Shown here: positions 1-9,397 of the stretch, in pieces | How the letters are laid out: every line of letters begins with the position of its first letter | Numbering within the stretch: position 1 is the first letter of the stretch | NCBI GenBank assembly: GCA_963780385.1 | Contig: CAWACA010000009.1 | Location: 541 to 64,540 of the forward strand | Source of the DNA: an uncultured Thermoleophilia bacterium | Lineage (GTDB): Bacteria; Actinomycetota; Thermoleophilia; Gaiellales; Gaiellaceae | DNA length: 64,000 nucleotides | Direction: 5' to 3' | The notes under the pieces: generated by a model | What the model saw: only the letters and a program-made list of their open reading frames with translations | Told to the model about the DNA's origin: nothing | Databases searched by the model: none | Made by a program: the position numbers and the translations under genes

Positions 1-271
1 CGAGATCGCCGGGCGCGGCAGGCTCGACCGGGGCCTCCTCGCCGTGAAGCGGGAGGCGCGCGGCGAGCGCCGAGTCGATCTCCCGGCGGGCGATGCCGAC
101 CAGCCAGGCAAGCGGCGAGCCCTTGCGCCGGTCGTAGCTCTCCTGGTAGCGCAACGCGCGCTCGAAGACCGCGCTCGTCACGTCCTCGGCATCCGGCCCG
201 TCGCCGATGCGGTACGCCACGTACGCGTAGACGCGCCGGATCAGGGGCTCTGGATCGGCAAGGGGGTTCAT
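1..271 (-). CDS. ECF-type RNA polymerase sigma factor, N-terminal part (gene continues past the left edge)
   Basis: My own translation downward from ATG 271-269 gives MNPLADPEPLIRRVYAYVAYRIGDGPDAEDVTSAVFERALRYQESYDRRKGSPLAWLVGIARREIDSALA. This is a sigma-70 region 2 pattern typical of ECF sigmas. It is absent from the ORF track because it has no stop inside the window. The ATG overlaps the TGA (268-270) of the upstream gene as ATGA. Confidence 0.7.
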   Translation of the reverse strand, partial: MNPLADPEPLIRRVYAYVAYRIGDGPDAEDVTSAVFERALRYQESYDRRKGSPLAWLVGIARREIDSALAARLPLHGEEAPVEPAAPGDL

Positions 272-2233
272 GGCAGCTCCTCCGTGGAATTGGTCGCATC
301 GAGCTCGATGCCGCTCGTCTCGGCGCGCAGCCGGGCGATCTCCGGGCTCTTCGGGTTCAGGGCGGCCGCATGCGCCAGCGCGGCTTCCTGGTCGGGGCCC
401 TCGAGGACGCGCGCGAGGTCGAACCACAGGTTCCACTCGCTCGGTGCGAGAGCGAGGGCGCGCTCGAAGCTCTCGCGGGCGCCCGACAGGTCGCCGCGCG
501 CGAGACGCGCCTGGCCGGCCGCGCGCCACGGCTCGGGTGACCACGGCGCGAAGCGGGTCGCCCGGAGCGCCTCGGCTTCGGCGCCTGCCCAGTCGGCGCG
601 CCCGGCTGCTGCGCGGCCCGCGGCGAGCGCGCCCGCCGAGAGCAGGCCTGAGAGCGCAAGGGGCACGAGCGCGAGGCAGAGCGCGACCAGGGCGATTCGC
701 ACTCGCCGGCCCCGGCTGGGCGCGGCTCCCGTGCGCGCCGAGACGAGCAGTGCCGCGCCGCACAGGAGCGCCACCGACGTGACGCCGGTCAGCTCCCAGT
801 CCCAGTCCGCGGCCGCGTGAACGAGGAACACGACATAGGCGCCGAGCGCAAGCGGGACGAGGGGCCTGCGGCGCGCCCGGGCGGCCGCGGCAAGGGGGAG
901 CGCCAGCGCGACGAGGAGGAAGGCCGAGGCCGACGGCTCCGAGCTCGGCGAGCGTTTCGAGGTAGAGGCTGTGCGCGTCGCGGACCTTGAGGCCGCTGGG
1001 CCGCGCCTCGAGCCAGGTGAGCTCGTAGCTGCCCGCGCCGGATCCGATCACCGGCGCCCGGCGCGTCGTGTCGAGGGCGACGCGCCAGAGGTCGTGTCGC
1101 CCGTTGCCGGAGAGACTGAACAGCCGCCCGTTGAGGTCGTCGTCCACCCGGGGCGGAGGTGCGGTGAAGGCGTCGTAGGCGCCGGCGATGGCTCCCGGCG
1201 GGCTGCCGAAACGCAGCCAGCCCGCGGCGAGCGCGAGCACGAGGAGCCCCACGAGCAACGCCGCGAACGCCTGCCGCGCCGTCCGGTTGGGCCTCAGCCG
1301 CCGTTCCGCGTAGCCGAACGCCGCCGCGGCGGCGCCGCTCCCGAGTGCGAGCAGCAGCAGCGCGAGGGCAAGGCGGTGGCCGCTCCGGGTCGCGTCCGCG
1401 AGCTCAGCTCCCTGGCGCGTGAGCGCGTCCGCCTGCGAGGCGAGAGCCACGGCCGCGGCCGTCGGCACGACGACGGCGGCGAGGCCGGCACAGAGCTGGA
1501 GCCGGCGGGGATCCACGGCCACCGCGGCGGCGAGCCCGACGGCCAGGGCGATCCAGGAGCCGCGGCCGAACGTGAAGTAGAGCGTCGTGGCGAGGATCGG
1601 CGCGCACGCGGCGCTGAGGGCGCGGTTGCGCAGCGTCCTTGCCCGCAACGCGAGCCCGAGCGCGAGCAACGTCCCGAGCGCGGCGAGGACACCGAGCGCG
1701 TTCCAGTAGCCGAGCGGCTCGGCGAGGCGGTAGACGGCGACGGGATCGGCAGTTCCGAGCCGCGCCGGGAAAAGGCGCGTGGCGAGGCCGTAGCCCGCGA
1801 CGAGCGTGACGGCCGCCAACAGGCCCCCGAGCAGGGCCGGCACGGTCGCACGGCGCAGGAGCACGAGGGCGGCGGCGGCGAGCGCGACATACACGGCGAT
1901 GCGCTGCGTCTCGAGCACCGCGCGCCAGCCGCTGTCCGACCAGAAGTACGAGAGCCCCATCCAGGCGGCCAGCGCCGTGAGCGCCCCGAGGAAGGCGAGC
2001 TCCCGGCGGCCGAGGCAGAGGCGGCGACGCAGCACGGCGCCGAGCGCGGCGCCCCAGGCGAGCAGGACCGTTGCCCAGCCCCAGCTCGTGGGGAAGTACC
2101 CGCCTCGAGCCGCGAGCAGCGAGGTGGCCCCGAGCGTCGTTACCGCAAAGGTGACGGTTGAAGAGCCGCCGACGGCCGCCAGGCGCGGAATCGCGACCTT
2201 GCGGATCGCGACGAGGTCACCGACTGCGCTCAC
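268..2233 (-). CDS. O-antigen ligase/polymerase (Wzy_C) family membrane protein with C-terminal TPR-like domain; one frame break near 925
   Basis: My own translation from GTG 2233 gives a multi-TM protein containing TFGRGSWIALAVGL and PVIGSGAGSYELTWLEARPSGLKVRDAHSLYLETLAELGAVGL (O-antigen ligase signature). Near 925 the sensible reading moves into track ORF 268..831, which has more TM helices and then ARGDLSGARESFERALALAPSEWNLWFDLARVL (TPR-like). The N-terminal frame is missing from the track because it stays open to the window edge. Confidence 0.7.
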
Positions 2234-2329
2234 CGGGACGACCCTCGCGAGCCGCCACGGCTTCCCGGTAGACGCGAAGACTGTGCTCGGCGGCCAGAGA
2301 CGCCGTGTACTTCAGGAACCAGGCGCGCA

Positions 2330-3295
2330 TCAGCCGCCGACCTCCACGGGCGTGGACCGCGAGCCCCGGGCCGGTCTCGAAAGCCGATAGCCGTAACGCC
2401 CGAGCAGCGGGACCGTCATGAGCGTCACCGCGCTTCTCTGGACGGCCGGCATCTCGCCGAGCCAGCGGGTGTCGGCGGCGATCTCGATCGAGCCCGTGCG
2501 AAATCGCGACGGGTTCCCCGAGACCGTGTGCGTCGGCGCCACCGAGACGGCGTGTGAGCCGGTGAAAGGCGTGAAGGCGCTTTCCTCGCCGGCGAACTCG
2601 AGGATGCGTTCGAACGTGCCCCTGGGGCTCGCGACCAGGTCCTCGTACCGAAGCTGCATGTAGCGCAGCCCGTGCCTGCTCCTCAGCGCCTCGGCTCCGA
2701 CGTTGAAGAGCCCCCAGTAGAGCGAGCTCTTGCCGATCCCGATGCGCTCGGTGATCCCCGGATTGGTGCCGCTCGCCCACGAGTACGCGACCGCTCTCGG
2801 ATCGCGGGTCAGGTGGACGACGTAGACCTCGATCCCGTCGATCGAGCCGAGAACCGCGGCGTACGCGGGAAGCTTCGAGGAGTCGACGATCACCCTCGAG
2901 CCGGTCACACGGGCGAGTGACCCGTAGAGCGAGGCGAGGTTGTCCGCGTACTCCTCGAGGAGCCCCGGGCGCCAGCGGCGCCTCAGGCCAGGCGAGAACA
3001 GGGCCGGGAGGTGGCGCGTGCGGATCAGGCGCTGCTCGAGGAGCTCCATGCGTCGCGCCACGTCCTGCGCAGGCGACGTGTACGCATCCGAGAGCACCTC
3101 GCCCCAGACCGCACAGGACGCGACCGGGGAGCCGCAGCCGCACGTCCAGCCGGCACCGATGCCGCGCGACCACAGGTACACGAGCTCGCCGGCGGAGAAG
3201 AAGCCGGGCAGCTGGCCGAGCACGACGTCGAGCAGCGTGCTGCCGCTCCGTCCCCAGCCGGTGACGTACACGACCTTAATCGGTGGCCGCAACAC
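2330..3295 (-). CDS. Sulfotransferase family protein
   Basis: This is the C-terminal 321 codons of track ORF 2330..4450. LRPPIKVVYVTGWGRSGSTLLDVVLG matches the PAPS-binding P-loop of sulfotransferases, and HLTRDPRAVAYSW follows later. The start is set at GTG 3295, preceded by GGAAGGA. ATG 3352 is the alternative. Confidence 0.8.
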   Translation of the reverse strand: MLRPPIKVVYVTGWGRSGSTLLDVVLGQLPGFFSAGELVYLWSRGIGAGWTCGCGSPVASCAVWGEVLSDAYTSPAQDVARRMELLEQRLIRTRHLPALFSPGLRRRWRPGLLEEYADNLASLYGSLARVTGSRVIVDSSKLPAYAAVLGSIDGIEVYVVHLTRDPRAVAYSWASGTNPGITERIGIGKSSLYWGLFNVGAEALRSRHGLRYMQLRYEDLVASPRGTFERILEFAGEESAFTPFTGSHAVSVAPTHTVSGNPSRFRTGSIEIAADTRWLGEMPAVQRSAVTLMTVPLLGRYGYRLSRPARGSRSTPVEVGG

Positions 3296-4584
3296 GCTGA
3301 TTCCTTCCGGGAGGCGGGCCGTAGCGAGGCCGGGAAGCGACCCGTTGCACATGCCCGGGCGCGTCCTGCGACGCGGCCACGGACGTCGTGAGGCTGCGCC
3401 ACCAGATCGCGGCGGCGACGAGACCGGCGGCGGCCAGCCCGAAGGCGGCTTCGCGGGCTCCGAAGACCGCGCCCACGGCGGCGCCGGAAACGGTGAGCGG
3501 CGCCACGAGCACGCGCGCCCGGAGGCTGCGCTTCGTGTCGGCGAGGGAGCGCAGGCCGGCGGTCGCGCCGAAGACGATGCCGGCGAAGGCGAAGGCGAGC
3601 GCGAGCGGCACGAGCACGTCGCGTGTTGCGGGCCAGAAGGGCGCCGAGCAGCGCTTCCCCGATGTGGTCGGGCAGCAGCGAGAGCCCGATCCCGAGGGCC
3701 AGGGCCGCCGTCGCGCACGCGACGGCCACGCGCTGCGACAGCTTCAGCACGGAGGCGGGAGAGGAGCGCGCGAGCTCCACCCCGTGGGGAACGAGCGTGA
3801 AGAGGAGGCCGGCGAAGAGGACGTTCATGACGCCGAGCAGGCTCTGCGCACCGCGCAAGGCTCCGGCGGCCGCGAGGCCTCCGACGACGGCGACGGCCAT
3901 CGTTGCCAGCTGGCCCGCGAGAGTGAGGGTGACGAACTCCGTCACGAGCCGGCCTCCGAGCGGTCGGACCGCCTCCACCACCCGAGCGGGGATCGAACGG
4001 CGGGGAGCGCGTGTGTCTGCCAGGCGCCGACGACGGCCGCCGCGCAGCCCGCCGCTCCCCAGGCTCCGAGCGCGGCACGGCCGCCGGTGAGGACGCCGCT
4101 CTCGACGAGGCCCACGCCGGCGCGCGAGCACCGCGAACCACACGAGATCGTTCACGAATGCGCCTTGCGGCTTCGAGCGGGCGAAGAAGGCCGCTCGCCA
4201 GACGTCCTGGACGAGCAGCGCGGGAAGCATCGCGGCGAGGGTGAGCAACCACGGTCCGATCCCGCCGGGAGCGAGCCCGCCGGCGACGGCGCACGCGATG
4301 GAGAAGCAGACGCCGAGACAGAGCGCCGCGCCGGCGCCACGGGAGACGACGACTCGCCAGCGGGCACCTTCGAGTCCCGCGTAGCGGATGAGCATCGGCT
4401 CGCACACGAGCGCCCTCGTCACGCCGAGGCTGATCCAGTACGCCGTCCACGCGAGCGCGAACGCTCCGAACTCCGCCGGAGTCGAGTGCCGGGCGACCAG
4501 GACGGCAAGCAGAAAGCTCGTCCCGCTTGCAAGCGCCTGGTCGGCCAGGCCGAGGCCGAGGCGTCGTCCTCCCAGCTTCGTCAC
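3276..4584 (-). CDS. Polysaccharide flippase (Wzx / MOP superfamily); frame break near 3630, possible compensated pair at about 4010-4110
   Basis: Track ORF 3025..4704 read from GTG 4584 (VTKLGGRRLGLGLADQALASGTSFLLAVLVARHSTPAEFGAFALAWTAYW) joins track ORF 3276..3617 (LVPLALAFAFAGIVFGATAGLRSLADTKRSL). It has many TM segments. An Arg-rich middle stretch reads as TM helix in another frame. The GTG overlaps the upstream TGA (4581-4584). Confidence 0.7.
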
Positions 4585-5907
4585 GGCGCCCCCGCTCGGA
4601 CGTCTCGGCCCCACGCCGGCGTGTCGGCGGGCGGCGGGTAATGCGGCTCCGTGGGCGGGTAGCGCTCCCGCCAGGCGAGCCCGATGAGCACCGCCAGGAG
4701 GCACAGCGCCATCGGCAGGAGCTCGTAGTAGAAGCCCTGGACGAACGTGATCAGGAGGCAGGTCCGAACGCAGAGCGACAGGCGGGTCTCCTCACCTCGC
4801 AGTCCGAAGAACGTCAGCACGACCCAGCCGACGATCAGCACGAGCCCCGGAATGCCCTGCGAGAAGAGGGCCAGGAACCACTGGCCGTGAGTGCCGACGG
4901 AGGGGAGCCCCGGGCTCACCTCGGACGGGCGAGGCGCGCCGTGGCCGAGGACGGGGCTCTCCATCGACCGGTGGATGGTCTCGCCGTAGAGCTCACCGCG
5001 TCCCTTGTCGCTGTGGCCGTGGTCGATGCGATCGGTGATCACGCCGGCGCCGCCGGTCAGGAACACGACTCCCGTCAGCGCCAGGGCGAGGACGACGATC
5101 CGGCCGAGGTTGCGGAGCCGGCCCGAGATCAGCAGCCGCATGGCGACGAAGGCGACGGCGACGATGAGGCTGACCCAGGCACCGCGGTTGAGCGAGAGGA
5201 CGAGCGGCACGACCGCGCCGACGAGCGCTGCGAGGGTGGCCCAGCGCCAGGCCGGCGAGCGCGAGCTCTCGCGCGCCAGTACCGCGACGGGGGCAAGGAG
5301 CGCCACCGTGGAGCCCCACTCGTTCGTGTACGCGAAGAACGGATGCGGCCGTCCGACCTCGTAGCCCATGAAGTCGCTCGGCTGCGAGAAGGTCGGGTGG
5401 ACGAGCGCGCGGACGAAATCGACGTCGAGGAGGCCCGCCGGCATGAACCGCTCGACCACGCTGGTCCAGCCGAGGTCGGGCACGAACACCGCGACCCAGC
5501 CGCCTACGACGATCGCGATGAAATAGGCCGTGACGGCATTGACCACGGAGCCGGTGGGCAGGATCGTTCGCGGCGTGTTGAGGACGTAGAGGAGGACCAC
5601 CGTCGCGGACAGGTAGAACGCCGCGCGGAAGCCGAAGCCGAGCACGGTGCTGCTGCCCTCCAGCGAGGCGCTCGAAACGGCAACCCAGCCGAGGAACAGA
5701 AGCCAGACCGCGAAGTACGGCGGGAGACGGATCTCACCCCGCATGAGCAGTGCAAACGCGAGCGGAATCGCGAGGAGCGGCCACATGAAGGCCCAGGCGC
5801 CTAGCGCCCACCAGATCGGGGAAACCCAGCAGGAGCAGGTAGAACGGGATGCGCGCACTGGGGAGCCGGGCACGACCGCCGCTCCATTCGAGCGCCGTCG
5901 CCGTCAT
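4581..5907 (-). CDS. O-antigen polymerase (Wzy)-like membrane protein; frame break near 5818
   Basis: Track ORF 4581..5873 is a multi-TM protein with FAYTNEWGSTVALLAPV and LSLNRGAWVSLIVAV. The N-terminus MTATALEWSGGRARLPSARIPFYLLLLGF lies in another frame, from ATG 5907. That ATG overlaps the GT2 stop as ATGA (5904-5907). The switch occurs at a CCCC run near 5818. Confidence 0.7.
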
Positions 5908-6857
5908 ACGCCCCGACCTGCCGCCGCGAGCATCCTCCGCACGCCGTTGGGCCTGAGCACCCGGGCTGCGACGCCGAGCGCGAGCAGGGCGCGCGGCTCG
6001 GAGACACGCCGGCCGAGGCTGCGGACTGCGTAGCGGAACGCTCGCGACCGCTCGCCGGCGCCCGCGCGTGCGAAGGCGATCTGACCGAGGATCCGCGCTG
6101 CTCCGCGCCCGTCGGCAAGAAGCTCCGGATGCCGTTCGAGGATGTACTCGAGCCCGTCGGCCATGAGCGCCCAGCGACCTTCGAACCACGAGGCGCGGGC
6201 CCAGGAGATGCGGACCAGGGGCTCGGCGAGCCCGGCCGCCCCGGTCGTCCGGAGCGCGCGCAGGAGCCACTCGTAATCCTCCCCGTAGCCGCCCGGGATG
6301 CTCTCGTCGACGAGGCCGGCCTCTTCGATCAGAGGCCGCCGCGCGAGCAGCGTCGACGGGTTCAGGGCGATGACGCGCGAACGAAGGAGGTCGTCGTGCG
6401 TCGTCAGGCGCGGGATGCGGCGGACGACCCGCCGCTCCTCGAGGACGATCTCGATCGCGCACGCCACGAGCCCGACCTCCGGTGTGCGGACGAGGCAGTC
6501 GACCTGGCGGGCGAGCTTCTCCGGCAGCCACTCGTCGTCGTCGTCCAGGAAGGCGACGAGCGGGGAACTGGTGGCGAGAATGCCGGCGTTCCGTGCCCCC
6601 GCGAGCCCCGGAGCACGGGTGTTCGAGATGACACGGAGGGTGCGCGTGGTCTCGGCCGGCGTCGGGAGGCCGGCGGGAGGGGCGCTCTGGTCGACGACGA
6701 CGACGCACTCGACGTGACCGGCGTAGGTCTGGCCGAGCACGGAGGCGACGGCCCGGCGCACCAGCTCGGGACGGTCTCGCGTGGGAACGATCACCGAGAC
6801 GGCGGGAAGGGTTTCGCCCGACGTCGCCGGGCTCGATCCTCCGGGTGCGGCCGTCAC
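5904..6857 (-). CDS. Family 2 glycosyltransferase
   Basis: This is the C-terminal 317 codons of track ORF 5904..7583. They contain VSVIVPTRDRPELVRRAVASVLGQTY and AFLDDDDEWLPEKL (DxD). The start is GTG 6857, preceded by AAGGAGG, and overlaps the upstream stop (6854-6857). Confidence 0.85.
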   Translation of the reverse strand: MTAAPGGSSPATSGETLPAVSVIVPTRDRPELVRRAVASVLGQTYAGHVECVVVVDQSAPPAGLPTPAETTRTLRVISNTRAPGLAGARNAGILATSSPLVAFLDDDDEWLPEKLARQVDCLVRTPEVGLVACAIEIVLEERRVVRRIPRLTTHDDLLRSRVIALNPSTLLARRPLIEEAGLVDESIPGGYGEDYEWLLRALRTTGAAGLAEPLVRISWARASWFEGRWALMADGLEYILERHPELLADGRGAARILGQIAFARAGAGERSRAFRYAVRSLGRRVSEPRALLALGVAARVLRPNGVRRMLAAAGRGV

Positions 6858-7390
6858 CGGTCCTCCTTGCTGCGGAGCAACGGATCGACAAGCGCGCGGA
6901 ATCGCTCGACGGCCGGAGCTTCCGCTACCGCCGTGAGCGCACGCGCCCGGGCCGGCCTGGTTGCGAGCCCGCGATCGAGAGCGGCGGCGAATGCGTCGTA
7001 GCTTTCGACGAGGACGATCTCGCCCTGCTCCGCCAGACGTGCGGCGTAGCGAACCTGATGGTCGTCGACGTGCTCGCCCAGCTCCGGGCGTCGAGGAATG
7101 ACGAGCGGCCGATGCCCGGCGAGCTGCGCCTGGGCGATCGTCGACGAGCCGCCGTGGCAGACGACGGCGTCCGCCTCGGCGAGCGCCGACTGGAACTCGT
7201 CGAAGGGGAGTACCCCGGCGCAGCCTGCGCGGCGCGGCGACTTGCTGGTCCCAGCCTGGACGACTGCTTGGACCGGCCCGACCTGGCTCGTCTCGTCGAG
7301 CCAGCCGTCGAGCCAGTCGATGAGCCGGTCGAACTGGTGGTGGTCCGTGCCGACCGTTCCGAAGATCCTGAATGGCGACGTGTCGGTCAT
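6854..7390 (-). CDS. PssE/Cps14G (Alg13-like, Glyco_tran_28_C) glycosyltransferase subunit
   Basis: The tail of track ORF 6854..7822 read from ATG 7390 gives MTDTSPFRIFGTVGTDHHQFDRLIDWLDGWL, then VVCHGGSSTIAQAQLAGHRPLVIPRRPELGEHVDDHQVRYAARL. There is an ATGA overlap at 7387-7390. Confidence 0.8.
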   Translation of the reverse strand: MTDTSPFRIFGTVGTDHHQFDRLIDWLDGWLDETSQVGPVQAVVQAGTSKSPRRAGCAGVLPFDEFQSALAEADAVVCHGGSSTIAQAQLAGHRPLVIPRRPELGEHVDDHQVRYAARLAEQGEIVLVESYDAFAAALDRGLATRPARARALTAVAEAPAVERFRALVDPLLRSKEDR

Positions 7391-7869
7391 GGCAGCAGCG
7401 GCCCGATGACGATCCCGCGCGGATAGAACCGCCGCTGCTCCGGCACCTGGAGCAGGAAGCGGCTCGCCAGCGGGTGGCAGAGCCTTCCGGTGAGCGTCGG
7501 TGCGTCGATGCGCTCGTACTGCTCGACGTACACCGACGGGACGCGAAGCAGCTTCGCGGCCACGAAGAACGGGAACGCGACACCGGCGCCGGTCGAGACC
7601 ACGACGTCCGGTCGCCAGGAGCGAAGCACGCGCAGGGCGAGGCGGAAGTTCCGCACCGCGTTGCGCGCGTTCCTGGTCGTCGGCCGGTGGGCGAACGTCA
7701 TGTCCTCGCCCGCGAGCAGTGATCGAGCGTCCTCCGTGTCGAACGTGACCCAGCGCCGATCGAGCGTGCTCCACCAGGGCTCGAGACGGAAGAGCTGGTA
7801 GAGGTGCCCGCCCGAAGAGCACACGAGCAGGGCGCGCGGCGCGTTCGCGCCGGCGGTGCCGTCGGTCAT
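7387..7869 (-). CDS. PssD/Cps14F (Alg14-like) glycosyltransferase subunit
   Basis: The tail of track ORF 7387..8904 read from ATG 7869 gives RALLVCSSGGHLYQLFRLEPWW and PDVVVSTGAGVAFPFFVAAKLLRVPSVYVEQYERIDAPTLTGRL. The ATG overlaps the upstream TGA by 1 nt (TGATG). Confidence 0.8.
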   Translation of the reverse strand: MTDGTAGANAPRALLVCSSGGHLYQLFRLEPWWSTLDRRWVTFDTEDARSLLAGEDMTFAHRPTTRNARNAVRNFRLALRVLRSWRPDVVVSTGAGVAFPFFVAAKLLRVPSVYVEQYERIDAPTLTGRLCHPLASRFLLQVPEQRRFYPRGIVIGPLLP

Positions 7870-9397
7870 CAGGATGCTCCTTTCGATCGGCCGACGAGCG
7901 CGGGCAGCGTGCGCAGGACGAGGCGCAGGTCGCCGCCGAGCGACCAGCCGGTCACGTAGACGTAGTCCAGCCGGACCATCTCGTCGAAGGGGATGTCGCT
8001 GCGGCCGAGCACCTGCCAGAGGCCGGTGATGCCCGGCTTGAGGTCGAGCCGTCGGCGAGCCCAGTCCCGTACGTGGCGGCTCTCGTCGAGGATCAGCGGC
8101 CTCGGTCCGACGAGGCTCATCTCGCCGCGGATGACGTTGAGCAGCTGCGGGAGCTCGTCGAGCGAGGTCCGGCGGAGCAGCCGGCCGACCCGGGTGACCC
8201 GCGGGTCGGCGGGGATCTTGAACATGCGGCCGTCGCCGTCGGCCGCGTGGCGGTTCAGGTGGGCCACCTCGCTCTTGCGGGCATCCGCATCGACCGCCAT
8301 GGTTCGGAACTTCACGATCCGGAACGCGCGGTCGCGCGAGCCCATCGCGGACCTGGCGGAAGAACACGGGACCGGGGGAGTCGAGCTTGATCGCGACCGC
8401 CACCAGGGCGAGCACCGGCGTGAGCAGGAGCAGGCCGGGCAGCGCCACGGCGAGGTCCATCGTCCGCTTCAGCAGCCGCGACGACCGCGGAAGCCGTACC
8501 GGCGGGACGCCGACGAGCGAGAGCCCCTCGACGTCATGGACGACCGTGTGCGGCCCGATGACCTCGAAGAAGCGGGGCACGATGTCGACCTGGACGTCGA
8601 GCTCGTTGAGGTTGCGGACGAGCTCCAGCAGGTCGTCCTGGGGGTCGCGCGTGAACGCGACGACGACGCGCTCGACGTCGAGCGCTCCGGACGAGCCCCG
8701 GGAGCTCCGCCGGTGCCGCCGAGCACGGGCACCGAGGCCAGCCCGTTCGTCGAGTGACCGCGGGTCGCTGTCCACGAAGCCGAGCAGGTTGATGCCGTAC
8801 TCGGGGTGCTTCAGGAACTTGCGCGCGACGAGCTGGCCGACGTCTGCCTGCCCCGACGATGACCGTGTTCTGGAGGTAGGTGAGCCGCTGCCGGCAGGCG
8901 GCACGTGCCGCGACGCGTGCCAGCGTCACGGTGCCGACGGCGAGCAGCCAGACCGCGATCACGCGGCCGACGTCGGGTCCGGGGAAGCCCGGAGATCCAC
9001 GATGACCGCGACGAACACCCAGGCGCCGAGCGTGCTGAGCTGGAAGACCCGGGCGAGGTCGTCGGTGGTCGTGGTCGAGGCGCGCTCCTCGTCACCGTCG
9101 TAGAGACCGGCGATCTTGGCCGCGAGCACCCAGGCCGGAACCGTGACGGAGAAGAACATCACGGCCTCCTCGGGCGTCCCGAGGCGTTCGACCCGACCCG
9201 GGGTGGAGGAGCTCGGCGAGGACGAACGCGAGCGTGAGCCCGATGACGTCGGCCGCGACGAGCGCGCGGCGGACGAGCCAGCCTCGTCTGCGGGCGAGCC
9301 GGCGTCGATGCTCGAGGATGCTCAGTGTCAGCTCGCCGACCTCGGGCAGCGGCGGACGTTCGAGCGCAGGCGCCAGCGTGTCTCGTGCCGCGCTCAT
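7869..9397 (-). CDS. Priming polyprenyl glycosylphosphotransferase (bacterial sugar transferase, WbaP/CpsE-like); four frame breaks (~9190, ~8975, ~8848, ~8346)
   Basis: Reconstructed from five track ORFs:
- 9092..9580: MSAARDTLAP...VIGLTLAFVLAELL
- 8959..9162: FFSVTVPAWVLAAKIAGLYDGDE
- 8534..8962: IAVWLLAVGTVTLARVAARAACRQRLTYLQNTVIVGAG
- 7387..8904: VGQLVARKFLKHPEYGINLLGFVD...IKLDSPGPVFFRQVR
- 7869..8345: GSRDRAFRIVKFRTM...DELPQLLNVIRGEMSLVGPRP. Confidence 0.8.
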